Source: Gemmatimonadota bacterium
Lineage (GTDB): Bacteria; Gemmatimonadota; Gemmatimonadetes; Gemmatimonadales; GWC2-71-9
Assembly (NCBI GenBank): GCA_039588295.1
Contig: JBDHAB010000001.1
Coordinates: 384,001 to 448,000, forward strand
Direction of reading: 5' to 3'
DNA length: 64,000 nt
Shown here: positions 48,737 through 58,509 of the stretch, piece after piece
How the letters are laid out: every line of letters starts with the position of its first letter
How positions within the stretch are numbered: the first letter of the stretch is position 1
Made by a program: the position numbers and the translations under genes
The notes under the pieces: model-generated
The model's database searches: none
What the model was told of the DNA's origin: nothing
Seen by the model: the letters and a program-made list of their open reading frames with translations, nothing else

Positions 48737-49164
48737 CTAACGATCGGTGTAGTGGTCCGCGTCCGCGTACGTGATCAACCAGTCCTTGCCCCGGCGCTGC
48801 CACACGAGCGTGAGTCACGGAAGGTGAACGAAACGACGGCGCCGTCTCGTCCCAGCACGATCACCTCCACAGCGGTAAACCCTGGTTCGAAATGCTGGAA
48901 CGTCCCGAGCGTGCGCCGGATACTGGCGGCGACCGAGTCGTACTCTGAACGGACCCCGTCGTTGTACATGTAGAACTCCGGTGCCAGATGCGCAATCACA
49001 CGCTCGGCATCCAGCGCCCGTTCGGCGGACTCGAACGCACGGGTGGCGGAATCGGCGCTCGCCGCAATGGCCGCGCGCTCCGCGTCAGTCAGAGACGCAC
49101 CGCCGGCCTGACACGCACTGAAGAGTACGCAGCCGAAGAGGAAGGTCGGTCGACAGAATCGCAT
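48737..49164 (-). pseudogene. NTF2/DUF4440 lipoprotein with frameshifting internal deletion
   Basis: ..AVVSFTFRDS then, in another frame, TLVWQRRGKDWLITYADADHYTDR*. Confidence 0.65.
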
Positions 49165-49263
49165 AGCGGGCCCTGCAAGGTTCTCGTCGAAAGCCATGGT
49201 CAACGCTCAAGCGTTAGCGAAATCTACGCGTCGTCAGCCGCTCGCTGGCGCATGCAGAGATCG

Positions 49264-50073
49264 TCACTGAAGCTGGTGACAGCGCCACTCCCCCAGGGAG
49301 GTGAGTTGCAGCGTGCGGAGGTCAAAAGCAAACAGGCTGTCCACTCCCACGTCAAACATGTCAGGGATCTCCGGACAGAGCGAGCGCGGTAGCTCGGCGC
49401 CGCTGAGGAGCCAGATGCGGACTGTGGTGCTATCGATCACGCCGGCCATCTCTCCAGCGCCTTCCAGTGTGAGCAACTTCTTCCGGGACGGCACGTCGTA
49501 CAGGATCAGGTCCCGTAGTTGACCCGTCCCACTGTCGAGGAGGAGGAGGTCTTCCCACAGGCCGGAGTAGTACTCGGCCCACTCGTTGCGGAGGACGAAG
49601 TCGCCAGCTAGGCTATCCGTCGTGCAATCAGCGACGGCAACCGGCGCTCCTGGGGCCCGCTCGCGCACGATGGCAACGGGCTCCGGGTCGGGTGATTCCC
49701 ATTCGACGACCACGTACCGATCGTAATGATGGCAACGCACGCGAGGGGCAACCTCCCTGCTTTCGGTGGCACGGAAGAACATGCGGTAGACGGAGTCCCC
49801 ACCGGTCTGTCCCGCGGGCATGGTAGGGGCGGGCACCTCGAGGTCGGCGGAGTCGAGCGGCTCGGAGGACGCCGGCTGGTTCGTGTCCGGCACGGGCTCG
49901 GCTATAAGGGAATCGGAGGAGAGGGCCGAATGGCCGACGTCGACCGCAGGGTGATCTCGCTTGTCACCTGCGGTGCAGCCAAGGGTGTAAGCCGCGACGA
50001 TGAGCGCAAGAGCGCCCCACCAGCGCTGACGTCGAAGCGCAGCGACCTTCTGCCGCTTCAACACGTGGCTCAC
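49264..50073 (-). CDS. Hypothetical lipoprotein
   Basis: TLGC lipobox, Pro-rich linker, LLLDSGTG motif. Confidence 0.65.
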   Translation of the reverse strand: MSHVLKRQKVAALRRQRWWGALALIVAAYTLGCTAGDKRDHPAVDVGHSALSSDSLIAEPVPDTNQPASSEPLDSADLEVPAPTMPAGQTGGDSVYRMFFRATESREVAPRVRCHHYDRYVVVEWESPDPEPVAIVRERAPGAPVAVADCTTDSLAGDFVLRNEWAEYYSGLWEDLLLLDSGTGQLRDLILYDVPSRKKLLTLEGAGEMAGVIDSTTVRIWLLSGAELPRSLCPEIPDMFDVGVDSLFAFDLRTLQLTSLGEWRCHQLQ

Positions 50074-50265
50074 GGTTCAGATTCCAAGCGGCGACTCCAA
50101 CAACGATTCGAGCCGGAGATCGGCGTAGACTTTAGCGTTGTCGTCTCCCAGTTTGCGGATCATGGTGCCCATGACGCCGTGTAGCATTCACGGTCGAGCT
50201 GTGGATGTCGCTCCAGCTGTGCACCACCATCATCTCCTCTGTTCGCCATCGGCGCCATCCGGCAC

Positions 50266-50646
50266 TCACCGTTGCATGCCGAGGTACATACCGCCGAAGT
50301 AGGGAATCAGCCAGGCCAACCACACGAGCAGACTGTATCGGTGGAAGCCTGCCCGCACCTCTTCGCTTCCCCTCCGCGTGACCCAGCTGGCCCAGATGGC
50401 GTGGGCCAGCATGAGCCAGAGGGCGATTTGTCCGGTGAGTGTGTGCAGCTCCCGCAGGTCGAACGGTCCTTCGGCCATGCGGTGCATGGCCCATGTGCCG
50501 GAAACGTCGAACACGAAGCCGGTCCAGAAGGCGGCCACATGCCACGGCTTCAGGTAGCGGGCGATCCGCTCGGACCAGACCCCCAGGGAGTAGAAGACGA
50601 GCGCGAGCGTGATCAGGGTAGAGGATACGATCAACGGGGTCGACAC
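50266..50646 (-). CDS. HsmA-like small membrane protein
   Basis: ALVFYS.GVW.E, FD.SGT..M, H..TG..A..LM..HA.WA, W..WLIPY. Confidence 0.8.
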   Translation of the reverse strand: MSTPLIVSSTLITLALVFYSLGVWSERIARYLKPWHVAAFWTGFVFDVSGTWAMHRMAEGPFDLRELHTLTGQIALWLMLAHAIWASWVTRRGSEEVRAGFHRYSLLVWLAWLIPYFGGMYLGMQR

Positions 50647-50725
50647 GGGTGCGCCCTAGATGGAAACTGCCTACGTCCCTTGTTCAAATTCATTTCTGCA
50701 CCTCGCCGTGATCCTGCCGTGGCGA

Positions 50726-50914
50726 CTACCCAACGGGACGTTCGAATATCACTTCGCAGAAGTTGGCGCTTGCCCACAAGCCACCGGCCCCGGGCGCGAA
50801 TACCTGCACCAACCGCCAGCCTTCGGAGGCATGGTCCCGGACGACGCTTTGGTACTCTTTGCTCTTTGCACGGCCCTTGAGAGGGACAAATCTGTACTCA
50901 TATCTGGTCTGCAT
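50726..50914 (-). CDS. DUF4177 domain protein
   Basis: YEYRFV ... A.EGWRLVQ ... IFERP. Confidence 0.8.
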   Translation of the reverse strand: MQTRYEYRFVPLKGRAKSKEYQSVVRDHASEGWRLVQVFAPGAGGLWASANFCEVIFERPVG

Positions 50915-50936
50915 GATGAGATCTCCCGATGGATTC

Positions 50937-51065
50937 GCCTAACGGTTCGCGCTTGATTCGGGGCACCGCCACCTACTACCGCTGATGAGCTAGGACCACG
51001 TCGATCGTAGAAACCGCGAATGCTCACCGTGATGCTGCCAGCGGCCTGCTGCAGCTCAGTTTCCA
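50937..51065 (-). mobile_element. attC-like site (R' intact, R'' degenerate)
   Basis: Minus strand ends AATCAAGCGCGAACC-GTTAGGC; begins GGAAAC-TGAG-CTGCAGCAG at the upstream gene stop. Confidence 0.6.
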
Positions 51066-51409
51066 CCAGTCAGCGACGGGAAGCCGATTGCCACCGTGAG
51101 CCGCAGGGCCTGTTCCTCGGAAAATCCCTCCTGCAGCAGCGCCTCGTAGTAGTTGCGGGCAAAGGACGCCAGGCGCTCGGCGGTCTCAGGGCGCTCGAGC
51201 ACGTTCAGCATCGCCTCCATCATGTTCTCCATCATCATGCCGAACGCCGGCCCCATGCTCTGCATCATCGTCGTGACCGAATCCGATGCAGCGCTCGCAT
51301 CGAACGCGGAGGGTTCCTGAGCGCGACCGGAACGTGGCGCTTCGCAGGCGGCCGCGAGCAGGACGACTGCAAGAGCATAGAAGAGTCTGAAACGAAAGGT
51401 GCGAAGCAT
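51056..51409 (-). CDS. Hypothetical lipoprotein
   Basis: LAAAC lipobox; Met-rich; YYEAL..EGFS.EQAL. Confidence 0.7.
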   Translation of the reverse strand: MLRTFRFRLFYALAVVLLAAACEAPRSGRAQEPSAFDASAASDSVTTMMQSMGPAFGMMMENMMEAMLNVLERPETAERLASFARNYYEALLQEGFSEEQALRLTVAIGFPSLTGGN

Positions 51410-51480
51410 AATTCCCCTCTTGTGAAAGGTGCGCAGTGCGCCGCCTAGTGGCTCTGTCCCTCAATACCGTGACGATGCCG

Positions 51481-51786
51481 TCATCGAGGTCCAGTCGCAA
51501 CGTAGTGAGCAAACCCGACCAGGACGAGCACACAAGCCGCCACGACGGGGAGCAGGATCTGCACGTCTCTCACCCCGCTACGGAACAGCCAGGCAGCCGG
51601 GGCGAGGGCAAAGAGCACGAACGCGAGCAGCGTTGGCACAACCCAACGGTGGCCGAAATTCCACGTCCATCCTACGACAAAGCGGTTCCGAACGATGACG
51701 CGTGGATCGGCACGACAGGCATAGATGACGCCCAGCGTCCAATGTCGGTCGTCACTTCGCAGCGCTTCGGCTTCTTCGCGGGTCAT
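51481..51786 (-). CDS. DUF5808-like membrane protein
   Basis: HW.LG.IY....DPR.IV..R...GWT.NFG. Confidence 0.75.
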   Translation of the reverse strand: MTREEAEALRSDDRHWTLGVIYACRADPRVIVRNRFVVGWTWNFGHRWVVPTLLAFVLFALAPAAWLFRSGVRDVQILLPVVAACVLVLVGFAHYVATGPR

Positions 51787-52457
51787 GGCATGTCTCTCGC
51801 CAGTTCATTGATGTCGTGACTCTCGATGATGCGTTTCGAGTATCCGCTCGCGGCCACCCGTATCATGGCGCGACCAACGTTCTCCGTGGTCGTCACGTAT
51901 TTCGGAGCCAGCCGCCTCAGCAGCGGGTACAGAGGACCAACCAATGTGTAGATGGCTTGGTAGAGCTTCGTCTTCGAGCGGACACCCTTGAGCGGCTGGA
52001 TGAAGCCCGGCCGAAACATAAACGCGGCTTTGAACGGCAGGCGGAGCAGGTGGTTCTCGGTCTTGCCCTTCACGCGAGCCCACATGAAGCGCCCGCGTTC
52101 CGTGCTGTCCGTACCCGCTCCCGAGACATAACAGAAGGTCAGAGTGGGATTCAGCGCCACGATCGCTTTTGCCGTGGCCACGGTCAGCTCATACGTCAAG
52201 CGGTGATACTGTTTCTCATTCAGTCGCGCCGCAGACACTCCGAGGCAGAAGAGGCAGGCATCGTAACCCGCCAGATCGGCCTTGATGTCAGCGTAGTCGA
52301 AGAAGTCGGCACGGATGATTTCGTGGACCTTCGGATGCGTCATCCCGCAGGTGCTACGCCCCACGACCAACACTGAAAGCACCCGAGCATCGGCCAGGCA
52401 CTCCTTCAGGACCCCCGACCCAACCATCCCTGTGGCGCCGAAGAGGATGACCTTCAT
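51783..52457 (-). CDS. NAD(P)-binding epimerase-like protein
   Basis: FGATGMVG.GVL.EC, YDAC.FCLG, YVSGAGTD, WARVKG.TEN. Confidence 0.88.
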   Translation of the reverse strand: MKVILFGATGMVGSGVLKECLADARVLSVLVVGRSTCGMTHPKVHEIIRADFFDYADIKADLAGYDACLFCLGVSAARLNEKQYHRLTYELTVATAKAIVALNPTLTFCYVSGAGTDSTERGRFMWARVKGKTENHLLRLPFKAAFMFRPGFIQPLKGVRSKTKLYQAIYTLVGPLYPLLRRLAPKYVTTTENVGRAMIRVAASGYSKRIIESHDINELARDMP

Positions 52458-52545
52458 CGTGTGTCTGCGTCCAGGCTAGGACTCATGTCGGCTCGGCTCG
52501 CAGCGTTCCACCGCGCACGGTTGCACCCATGATGATGGCCGCGCC

Positions 52546-52624
52546 GCCCAAAGGTGCTTCGATAGCGCACGAGCACAATGGTCGCGGTCACGAATCTACG
52601 GCCTCGATACATGCTCTCGTGGAC
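52546..52624 (-). mobile_element. Degenerate attC-like site
   Basis: GTCCAC-GAGAG-CATGTATCG right after the stop; ends GAAGCACC-TTTGGGC. Confidence 0.35.
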
Positions 52625-52625
52625 C

Positions 52626-53888
52626 TCATCGTCGAGTTGGGCTCCCGGGCTGCTCAGTCGACAGAATCGCCTCCATGGCCGCATCCCGCCCGGCGAAGTA
52701 GTCCTCGGAGGAAGGTGGCGCCCAAAGGTCTGGCTCAATCGAGCGGCGTCCATCACCCGGTGCGTCACCGTGGTACACCGACGACACCGTGAGCGTGAGG
52801 TCACTGTTGGGCAGGCGAAGCCTGACGGCGTCGCCGAAGTGGTTGGGGCTCCCCCCGGTCGGCTCCCCGACGAATACCACGCCCGTCGTGGCGTCCAGCC
52901 GCGTGACGAGCTTCTGCGCGGCGGAGTAGGTTCCGCGCCCGATGATCACGTAGAACCGTCCCCTGGTGACCGACGGCGACGACTTCACCCATTCGACGAC
53001 GGGGGCGTTCAGGTAATCATTGCCGCCGCCATTGCCGCGGACGTCCAGCACGATACGCTGGATCGGGAGATCCCTCGCGAACTGCGAAACGCGGTCGAAG
53101 TACTGTGCAATCGTTTCGTCGGAGGCATCCCGCACGCGATTGTACTGCACATAGAGCGTCTGAGATTCCTCCAAGTACTGATGCCAGTAGTTGTCGGCCA
53201 CCCGCCGACGGTAGAGCGGCTCGGTGTCACCTTCCGCCGCGTCGATCCAGTTCAGGGTGGCGTCAAACGGCAGCGGCGTGAGATCGACGGTGAGTTCTCG
53301 GCCCTGGCGGTCCGCCAACACGAAGCGCGCCTGATCTCGGTCCGGGGTGATCTCGAGCGCGTGTAGGATCTCGGGAAGCACCATGGCGTCCGGCACCCGA
53401 TTCTTCAGTGTCATCGCATTGTCATGGGCCGTGATGGTAGCGACCGCAGTGTACGCCTCCTCGGCGGTCCTGTCGCCGAGCTTCAGGAGGCGAGCGCCGA
53501 CGGCGCCTCTCAGCGCAGAGGGCGCGCTGCGCACGAAGATCCCGTCGTCAAAGACGTGGAGACGAAGTGGATACTGACCGGTCAAGAACTGGAGGCCACC
53601 CCGAATGCCGGTATGACCATCCTGGATCATCGCAACGATCCGAGCCATTTCCACGATGATCTCATGGCTGTCCAGCGTGGGAATCCTTGCGTACAGGGCA
53701 TCGACCATGCTTTGCAGGGACTCTTCCGTAACGGCGTGGAACGGGTTCGGGTGATGCGTCCGGATCGATTGCCAAAGGAACGCCAGATCCTCGCGCCATT
53801 GCGACGTGGGGAGAGTCTGAGCTTGTGAAGTGGCGAAGCCCCCGGCGAGCAGCAATGTCAAGAAGACTGGAAGAAATGAACGTTTCAC
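52626..53888 (-). CDS. S41 family peptidase-like secreted protein
   Basis: W.EDL......H.NPF, DGHT, LDVRGNGGGN, GR.TYSAA, VGEPTG. Confidence 0.82.
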   Translation of the reverse strand: MKRSFLPVFLTLLLAGGFATSQAQTLPTSQWREDLAFLWQSIRTHHPNPFHAVTEESLQSMVDALYARIPTLDSHEIIVEMARIVAMIQDGHTGIRGGLQFLTGQYPLRLHVFDDGIFVRSAPSALRGAVGARLLKLGDRTAEEAYTAVATITAHDNAMTLKNRVPDAMVLPEILHALEITPDRDQARFVLADRQGRELTVDLTPLPFDATLNWIDAAEGDTEPLYRRRVADNYWHQYLEESQTLYVQYNRVRDASDETIAQYFDRVSQFARDLPIQRIVLDVRGNGGGNDYLNAPVVEWVKSSPSVTRGRFYVIIGRGTYSAAQKLVTRLDATTGVVFVGEPTGGSPNHFGDAVRLRLPNSDLTLTVSSVYHGDAPGDGRRSIEPDLWAPPSSEDYFAGRDAAMEAILSTEQPGSPTRR

Positions 53889-53972
53889 AAGATCAACTCA
53901 CTCAGTTGACACGTTTCCGTGGCAAGTCAGCGGCACATTCGGGCTGCAGCCGATCTATGGTTGGCGTGTGTG

Positions 53973-54503
53973 CTACCGTGACCAGGGCGGTACGATGTCG
54001 TTCATCCGTGCGTAGGCAACCGACTGCCCGACATGCTCGTTCATATGTGCCAGCAGCTGAAATAGCACCGCCCACCCGGGAACGCTCCGGCCGTAAAGCG
54101 TCGTCAAGCGTGTGAGGTCCGCCTCGCCCATATCATTGACTGACGCTCGGACGTGCTCGATCGATTGCGCCAACAGCTGGGTTACTGTTGCCTTGTCCGT
54201 GATCGACTCGAAGTTCTGCCAATCGACACCTGGAGCGGCGTCAATGCCAAGTGACTGCTCGAGGTACAGATAGTTGTAGCGCGCGATGTGCGCGTAAACG
54301 CGCCCGATCGACATGACGCCCTCGCCGGGACTCCACGTGTAGAGATCTGCGGGAATCTCCCTCGAGAGCATCATGAGTTTTCGACTCGACCGGTCGAAGT
54401 GATTCGCAAACTCATCGCGATAGTCCGTCGGTGCGCTCTGAGCGAGAGAAGTTGTCGCGCCGACGAGCAATGCGAACGCCAGAAGCAGGATGGTACGCGT
54501 CAT
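53973..54503 (-). CDS. Secreted DinB family protein
   Basis: Signal peptide; Y.W.PGEGVMS...V..HIA..N, H..EH.GQ..AYAR.N.IVPPWS. Confidence 0.85.
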   Translation of the reverse strand: MTRTILLLAFALLVGATTSLAQSAPTDYRDEFANHFDRSSRKLMMLSREIPADLYTWSPGEGVMSIGRVYAHIARYNYLYLEQSLGIDAAPGVDWQNFESITDKATVTQLLAQSIEHVRASVNDMGEADLTRLTTLYGRSVPGWAVLFQLLAHMNEHVGQSVAYARMNDIVPPWSR

Positions 54504-54514
54504 TTCAGTCGACC

Positions 54515-54973
54515 TCAAAGTGATGGTGGGGTCATCGAGTCGGCCGCTCCCAGCTCGGGGAGGCGCCGCGCACGGTCGATCGCGGCAGCCATTGCGCTCG
54601 CCTGCTCCCGGTCTCGACGGCGGATCTTAAGCCTGAGTACTCCGAGTCGAGCGCTTGGGATCCCCTCGAAGACCTCGAGGCTTCGCCCCTGGAGCTCCAG
54701 GCGCGGCGTCCACCATGCGCGGAACCGCACGCTTGCGATAGCATTCGCCGGGACCTCGAGCCTCCCGATGGGCGAGCGGTCGACCTCATCAGTCACGCCA
54801 CTGAACGTCACCCACTGCGAATTCCGTGTCGCGGCCCACTGCAAGGAGATGGTGTCCCCGTCGAGATGAAGCAGGCCTTCCACCCGATAGGAGATGGAGC
54901 GCACGCCCTGAGAATCGAGGGCGTCGATGCCCGGAACCCGCAGCCGAAACGGGAGCGGATCGGTCAACGACAT
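54515..54973 (-). CDS. Hypothetical protein
   Basis: RBS AGGAGG; co-oriented; PH-like beta pattern. Confidence 0.65.
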   Translation of the reverse strand: MSLTDPLPFRLRVPGIDALDSQGVRSISYRVEGLLHLDGDTISLQWAATRNSQWVTFSGVTDEVDRSPIGRLEVPANAIASVRFRAWWTPRLELQGRSLEVFEGIPSARLGVLRLKIRRRDREQASAMAAAIDRARRLPELGAADSMTPPSL

Positions 54974-55007
54974 GACCCCTCCTGGCAGCTCGATGCGTCT
55001 GATGCAG

Positions 55008-55463
55008 CTAGGCGCGCGGGTTGCATGCGACTCGAGCACCCTCGTAGCTCACAAGCGCGCTCGCTCCAAACCTCGTAAAGACGTGGCCTCTTCCGGTGAA
55101 TCGCTCGTCTCGGACGTTGCCGAAGAGCCAGATCCACCACGATGCGTCTCCCCACTCAACCCGAACGGAACCAGCCCTCAGCGGTTCCCACCGCCCGCGC
55201 ATCCGTGACCCAGGGATAATGACAACGCCGCGGGCCGTGATCCCAAGCTCGATGTGAGACGGCGCAATGCTCGTGTCAGGATTGGCCATTGGCTCACCGG
55301 CTATACGCTGCAGGGACCAACAAACGCTCGGGAGGTCATCGGGGGGCGGCCGCCGACCCAGCACACCGCAGCCGCTTGCGAGGACCGTGACCAGGAACGC
55401 AACGGCGGCCGGTGAATGGGGGCCGCCTCGAGAGCCGGACAACGCGCCCCTGCCGCTATGCAA
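55008..55463 (-). CDS. Hypothetical lipoprotein
   Basis: LASGC lipobox; start uncertain. Confidence 0.45.
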   Translation of the reverse strand: MHSGRGALSGSRGGPHSPAAVAFLVTVLASGCGVLGRRPPPDDLPSVCWSLQRIAGEPMANPDTSIAPSHIELGITARGVVIIPGSRMRGRWEPLRAGSVRVEWGDASWWIWLFGNVRDERFTGRGHVFTRFGASALVSYEGARVACNPRA

Positions 55464-55641
55464 TAGTCATCTCGGGTAAAGGCAGTTCCTTCAAGTACAG
55501 CGACTCGAGGGCAGCGCCGGTCTCGATGTTGTCGAAGTAGCAGAACTCGCCATGCTCGCCAAGGTTGCCGCTTTGAATCATCTCCTGCCCTTGTCTGGAG
55601 AGTTCATCTTTGGTCGACCGCTCCTTCTCGAGTACATCCAA
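55456..55641 (-). pseudogene. C-terminal remnant of VOC (methylmalonyl-CoA epimerase-like) gene
   Basis: G.EMIQSG....GEFCYFD....GAALE half-domain only. Confidence 0.5.
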
Positions 55642-55665
55642 CTTCTCTTCTAGTTTGTGTCCACG

Positions 55666-56160
55666 TCAGTTCGTGCAATTTGGGGGACGTGGCGGCTGTT
55701 CGGCCAAGTTGGCGGCGAAGGACGCGGGCAGATTGGCCGCATGGAAACCGTCCCGTACCGATCCTTTGAACGCCGTTCCACCGTAGCCGGTCGGATGCAT
55801 GTGTGCCCGCACCAAGATGACTGTGTCGGCCAGCACCGACACCGGCCCGCCGCCCCGTGTGAATGGTTGCTCCGCGACGTGGCTGTGCGACAGCGTTCGC
55901 CGGTAGATCAACCGACCATCCTGGCTCAGCACTTCCCACCAATCGGCGTATAGCCGGCAACCCCTGTCAGGACTTCGGACTCCCACGTCGAATCTATAGG
56001 CCCCTGGCTCTCCAGTGGTGCGCACCGACACGACATCGGCGGCGGGCCCAGGCGATTCGAGTTGAGAGGTCTTCGGTGCCGTCGTCCGACACGCGACCGC
56101 CAGGAGGAGGAGCGGCCACACACCAAGGCAGGCCTTGGGGACTCCAGTACCGAACCTCAT
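55666..56160 (-). CDS. Hypothetical lipoprotein
   Basis: LAVAC lipobox; SPD.GC..YADWWEV, YRR.L.HSHV.EQPF.R, RAHM...GYG. Confidence 0.78.
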   Translation of the reverse strand: MRFGTGVPKACLGVWPLLLLAVACRTTAPKTSQLESPGPAADVVSVRTTGEPGAYRFDVGVRSPDRGCRLYADWWEVLSQDGRLIYRRTLSHSHVAEQPFTRGGGPVSVLADTVILVRAHMHPTGYGGTAFKGSVRDGFHAANLPASFAANLAEQPPRPPNCTN

Positions 56161-56444
56161 CGCTCTATTGATAGGTGACGTCCAGCGCCTGTGCTGCGCG
56201 CGTGCTCGATCATCATGTGGGAACATGTCATTTGAACCACGGTGTCGTCCAGCCAGCATACATCACTCTTCAATCGGGATCGCCGCCCTAGCCGGGGCTT
56301 TACCGGGGGCGCTGGCGGCGGCGAAGTGAAGGAACGGTGTTCAGTTGAGACTCTTCGAGCAAGCGTCATTACGCTGCAGCATTCTGCAACCCACGTTTGC
56401 GTGATGGAACCTCGTGTGACGATGAGCGCCCAACCTGCATGCGA

Positions 56445-56660
56445 TCACCGTTTGGGCAGGAACCAGTGGATGTAACCACAGTCGGCGCAGACGAAGCAAT
56501 CCGCATTTGGCGAGGCCCACTCGAGGTCGAAGAAGGTGGCGACTTGAGTGTGGAGCTGTGCCCGCCGGTGCCAGAACCGATCGTGGTGACAGATTTCACA
56601 CCGGAGGTCGTGTCCTTCGACTTGGGCGGGTTCAGGTTCGCGCTTGCCAAATAGTCCCAT
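56445..56660 (-). CDS. Small zinc-ribbon protein
   Basis: CEIC ... CFVCADCGYIHWF; RBS AGGAGG. Confidence 0.8.
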   Translation of the reverse strand: MGLFGKREPEPAQVEGHDLRCEICHHDRFWHRRAQLHTQVATFFDLEWASPNADCFVCADCGYIHWFLPKR

Positions 56661-56684
56661 TGGACCTCCTTGCCTTCAGACCAC

Positions 56685-56736
56685 GCTGAACGGTCCGTGC
56701 CGCTGCCAGGGGGCCGGCTTCAGGCGCCCATTAGAC
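56685..56736 (-). mobile_element. attC-like site (short)
   Basis: GTCTAAT (contains gene stop TAA)-GGGCG-CCTGAAGC ... GCACGGACC-GTTCAGC. Confidence 0.6.
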
Positions 56737-57105
56737 ATCACCATCCTGCCAACGGCGACCGCCAAGTACCCAAAGTGGTATCGTGAGGGGTAGCAGGAGA
56801 GACGCGGACCACCAACCCGTGATTCCCATTTGTCGCGCGTCACCGAGCGCCCAGACCCCCCACGCCACTGCGGTGAAGAAGAGGATGTAGATCGGCGTCA
56901 TGAGGCGTCGATAGCTGACGGCTGGGTATCGCCACGGAGCGAAGAGTAGAATCGAAGTCACGGCCGCTCCGAGGATGGCGAGCCCCAGCGCCGCACGCTC
57001 GGGCTCGCCCTGAGCTAAGACGATTACCGAAAGAATCAACACCCACACGAATCCTCCGGACCACCCTAGCACCCAGCCGAGCTTCTCGCCGGACCGTGTT
57101 GTCAT
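56731..57105 (-). CDS. Hypothetical membrane protein
   Basis: GEKLGW..GW.GGF.W, APWR.P...Y..LM.P.Y; four TM. Confidence 0.75.
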   Translation of the reverse strand: MTTRSGEKLGWVLGWSGGFVWVLILSVIVLAQGEPERAALGLAILGAAVTSILLFAPWRYPAVSYRRLMTPIYILFFTAVAWGVWALGDARQMGITGWWSASLLLPLTIPLWVLGGRRWQDGDV

Positions 57106-57129
57106 GACCCCCACCGGGACAGAAGTGAT

Positions 57130-57265
57130 GTCCAACGTGCCGGCGTGTGAGCCGCGGGCGACGTGCCCGCCAGTCGCACCTCTGAGTTGGATCTGCTCGT
57201 ATTTAGCCAGGCGCTCGCATCCGCGCCACCTACCGCCCCCGCTCAGCTCCTAACGCGTGCTAGGC
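57130..57265 (-). mobile_element. attC-like site
   Basis: GCCTAGC-ACGCG-TTAGGAGCTG ... CGGCTCACACGCCGGCAC-GTTGGAC, complementary arms. Confidence 0.7.
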
Positions 57266-57298
57266 AGTGGGCTCGGCGATGCACTCCGAGCGGACACA

Positions 57299-57703
57299 TC
57301 AACAGGTCGAGTGGATAAGCGCCCCGGCCGGATGTGCCTCCGACAGCTCGTTGTAGAGGCGTACGGCCTCCTCGGTCTTGACCACATGTGCGATGACGTT
57401 GTTCGACTCGAGCATTCGCAGGGTCTCGGGACACACTTGCAGGCGGCCGAGCATACCCGTTGACAGCACCACCACTACCGCGCCGCGCACGAGTAGCTCT
57501 TCGACATCAGCAGGTTGCGTCCCGGGTTGATGATTGGTGCCAGTTTCCCGCCAGTCCCATTCCCGAGCACCGCCGGGAAAGAGCTTGGCGTCCTTGAATG
57601 CACCATGGGACTCCACACGCACGTGACCCCAAGAGAGGTGCGCAATGCGCGGGGATACGGGCTGTTCCTTCAGGAGGGCCGTCTCCAATCCGATGATTGT
57701 CAC
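57299..57703 (-). CDS. Mth938-like (AAMDC) domain protein
   Basis: SPRI.HLSWG, KDAKLFPGG.REWDW.ETGT.H.PG, G.LIHSTC; start placed after attC. Confidence 0.88.
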   Translation of the reverse strand: MTIIGLETALLKEQPVSPRIAHLSWGHVRVESHGAFKDAKLFPGGAREWDWRETGTNHQPGTQPADVEELLVRGAVVVVLSTGMLGRLQVCPETLRMLESNNVIAHVVKTEEAVRLYNELSEAHPAGALIHSTC

Positions 57704-57711
57704 TCGCCGCT

Positions 57712-57776
57712 GTCCAACGACCTGGCGCTGAGCTACAGCGCCACGGAACCTGCGCCTTTGAGCGTTCCCGCTAGGC
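57712..57776 (-). mobile_element. attC-like site
   Basis: GCCTAGC (contains gene stop TAG)-GGGAACGCTCAAAGG ... GTAGCTCAGCGCCAGGTC-GTTGGAC. Confidence 0.7.
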
Positions 57777-58172
57777 CGCTTCAATGCGGTTGAAGATCTC
57801 CACCATCCGCTCAGGATTGACATAGAGCTGCCATACAGCGACACGCCCATCTTCGACCACGACACGCCACGCCGCCTGCGCTACCCAGTGATTCTCTGAT
57901 TTGAGCACTCCGTCCTGATCGAATGTACCCTCGGCGACGCCAAACAGTGCGACTGTGTCACCCTGCGAAAACGCGTCTTTCACGTGAATCTGAAAGTCAG
58001 GAACCATCGAGAAGTACTTCTCCCATCCCCGACGCATCTCCTCGCGTCCGGAATGTTCACTGCCATCAGAGTCCACGAACGCGTGGTTCTCTGTCATCAG
58101 AGTTGAAAGCAGATCCGGATTGCCGGAATTGATGGCATCGACGAATGAATATGCAACCTGAGTGGGAGTCAT
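57771..58172 (-). CDS. SnoaL/NTF2 family protein
   Basis: FVDAIN, LMT..H.FVD..G, W..YF...PD, AAWR, WQ.Y. Confidence 0.85.
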   Translation of the reverse strand: MTPTQVAYSFVDAINSGNPDLLSTLMTENHAFVDSDGSEHSGREEMRRGWEKYFSMVPDFQIHVKDAFSQGDTVALFGVAEGTFDQDGVLKSENHWVAQAAWRVVVEDGRVAVWQLYVNPERMVEIFNRIEAA

Positions 58173-58202
58173 TCTGTGACACTCCTCTACGCCACCTAAC
58201 GG

Positions 58203-58472
58203 TCAGGCCAGGGTGGTGAACCATATTGCTGGCTCGCCAGCCACGCCGGCTGCTGACATCACTTCACCCAAGCGGTCGGACGCTACAAAGGCTCGGGTAG
58301 CCTGCAGTGTCTCAAAGTCATGCCACGCGGTCACGTCGTTGGGGTCGTCCGCCGACATGAAGACCGCGTCACCAATCACGCCCATGCCCTTCCGCTCATC
58401 GTCGAAATCGTCATAGGCCTGTTTCCACTTGGCGAAGTCGGCTACTGGATGGCGCACAAACATGCGAATCAT
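58203..58472 (-). CDS. Small cyclase/ABM-like protein
   Basis: VRH.V.DF..WK..YD, DPNDV...HDF, M..AGV.GEP. Confidence 0.8.
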   Translation of the reverse strand: MIRMFVRHPVADFAKWKQAYDDFDDERKGMGVIGDAVFMSADDPNDVTAWHDFETLQATRAFVASDRLGEVMSAAGVAGEPAIWFTTLA

Positions 58473-58509
58473 GGTGACCTCGTGAGTGGGTGTTGTGAGT
58501 TGGGACTGC

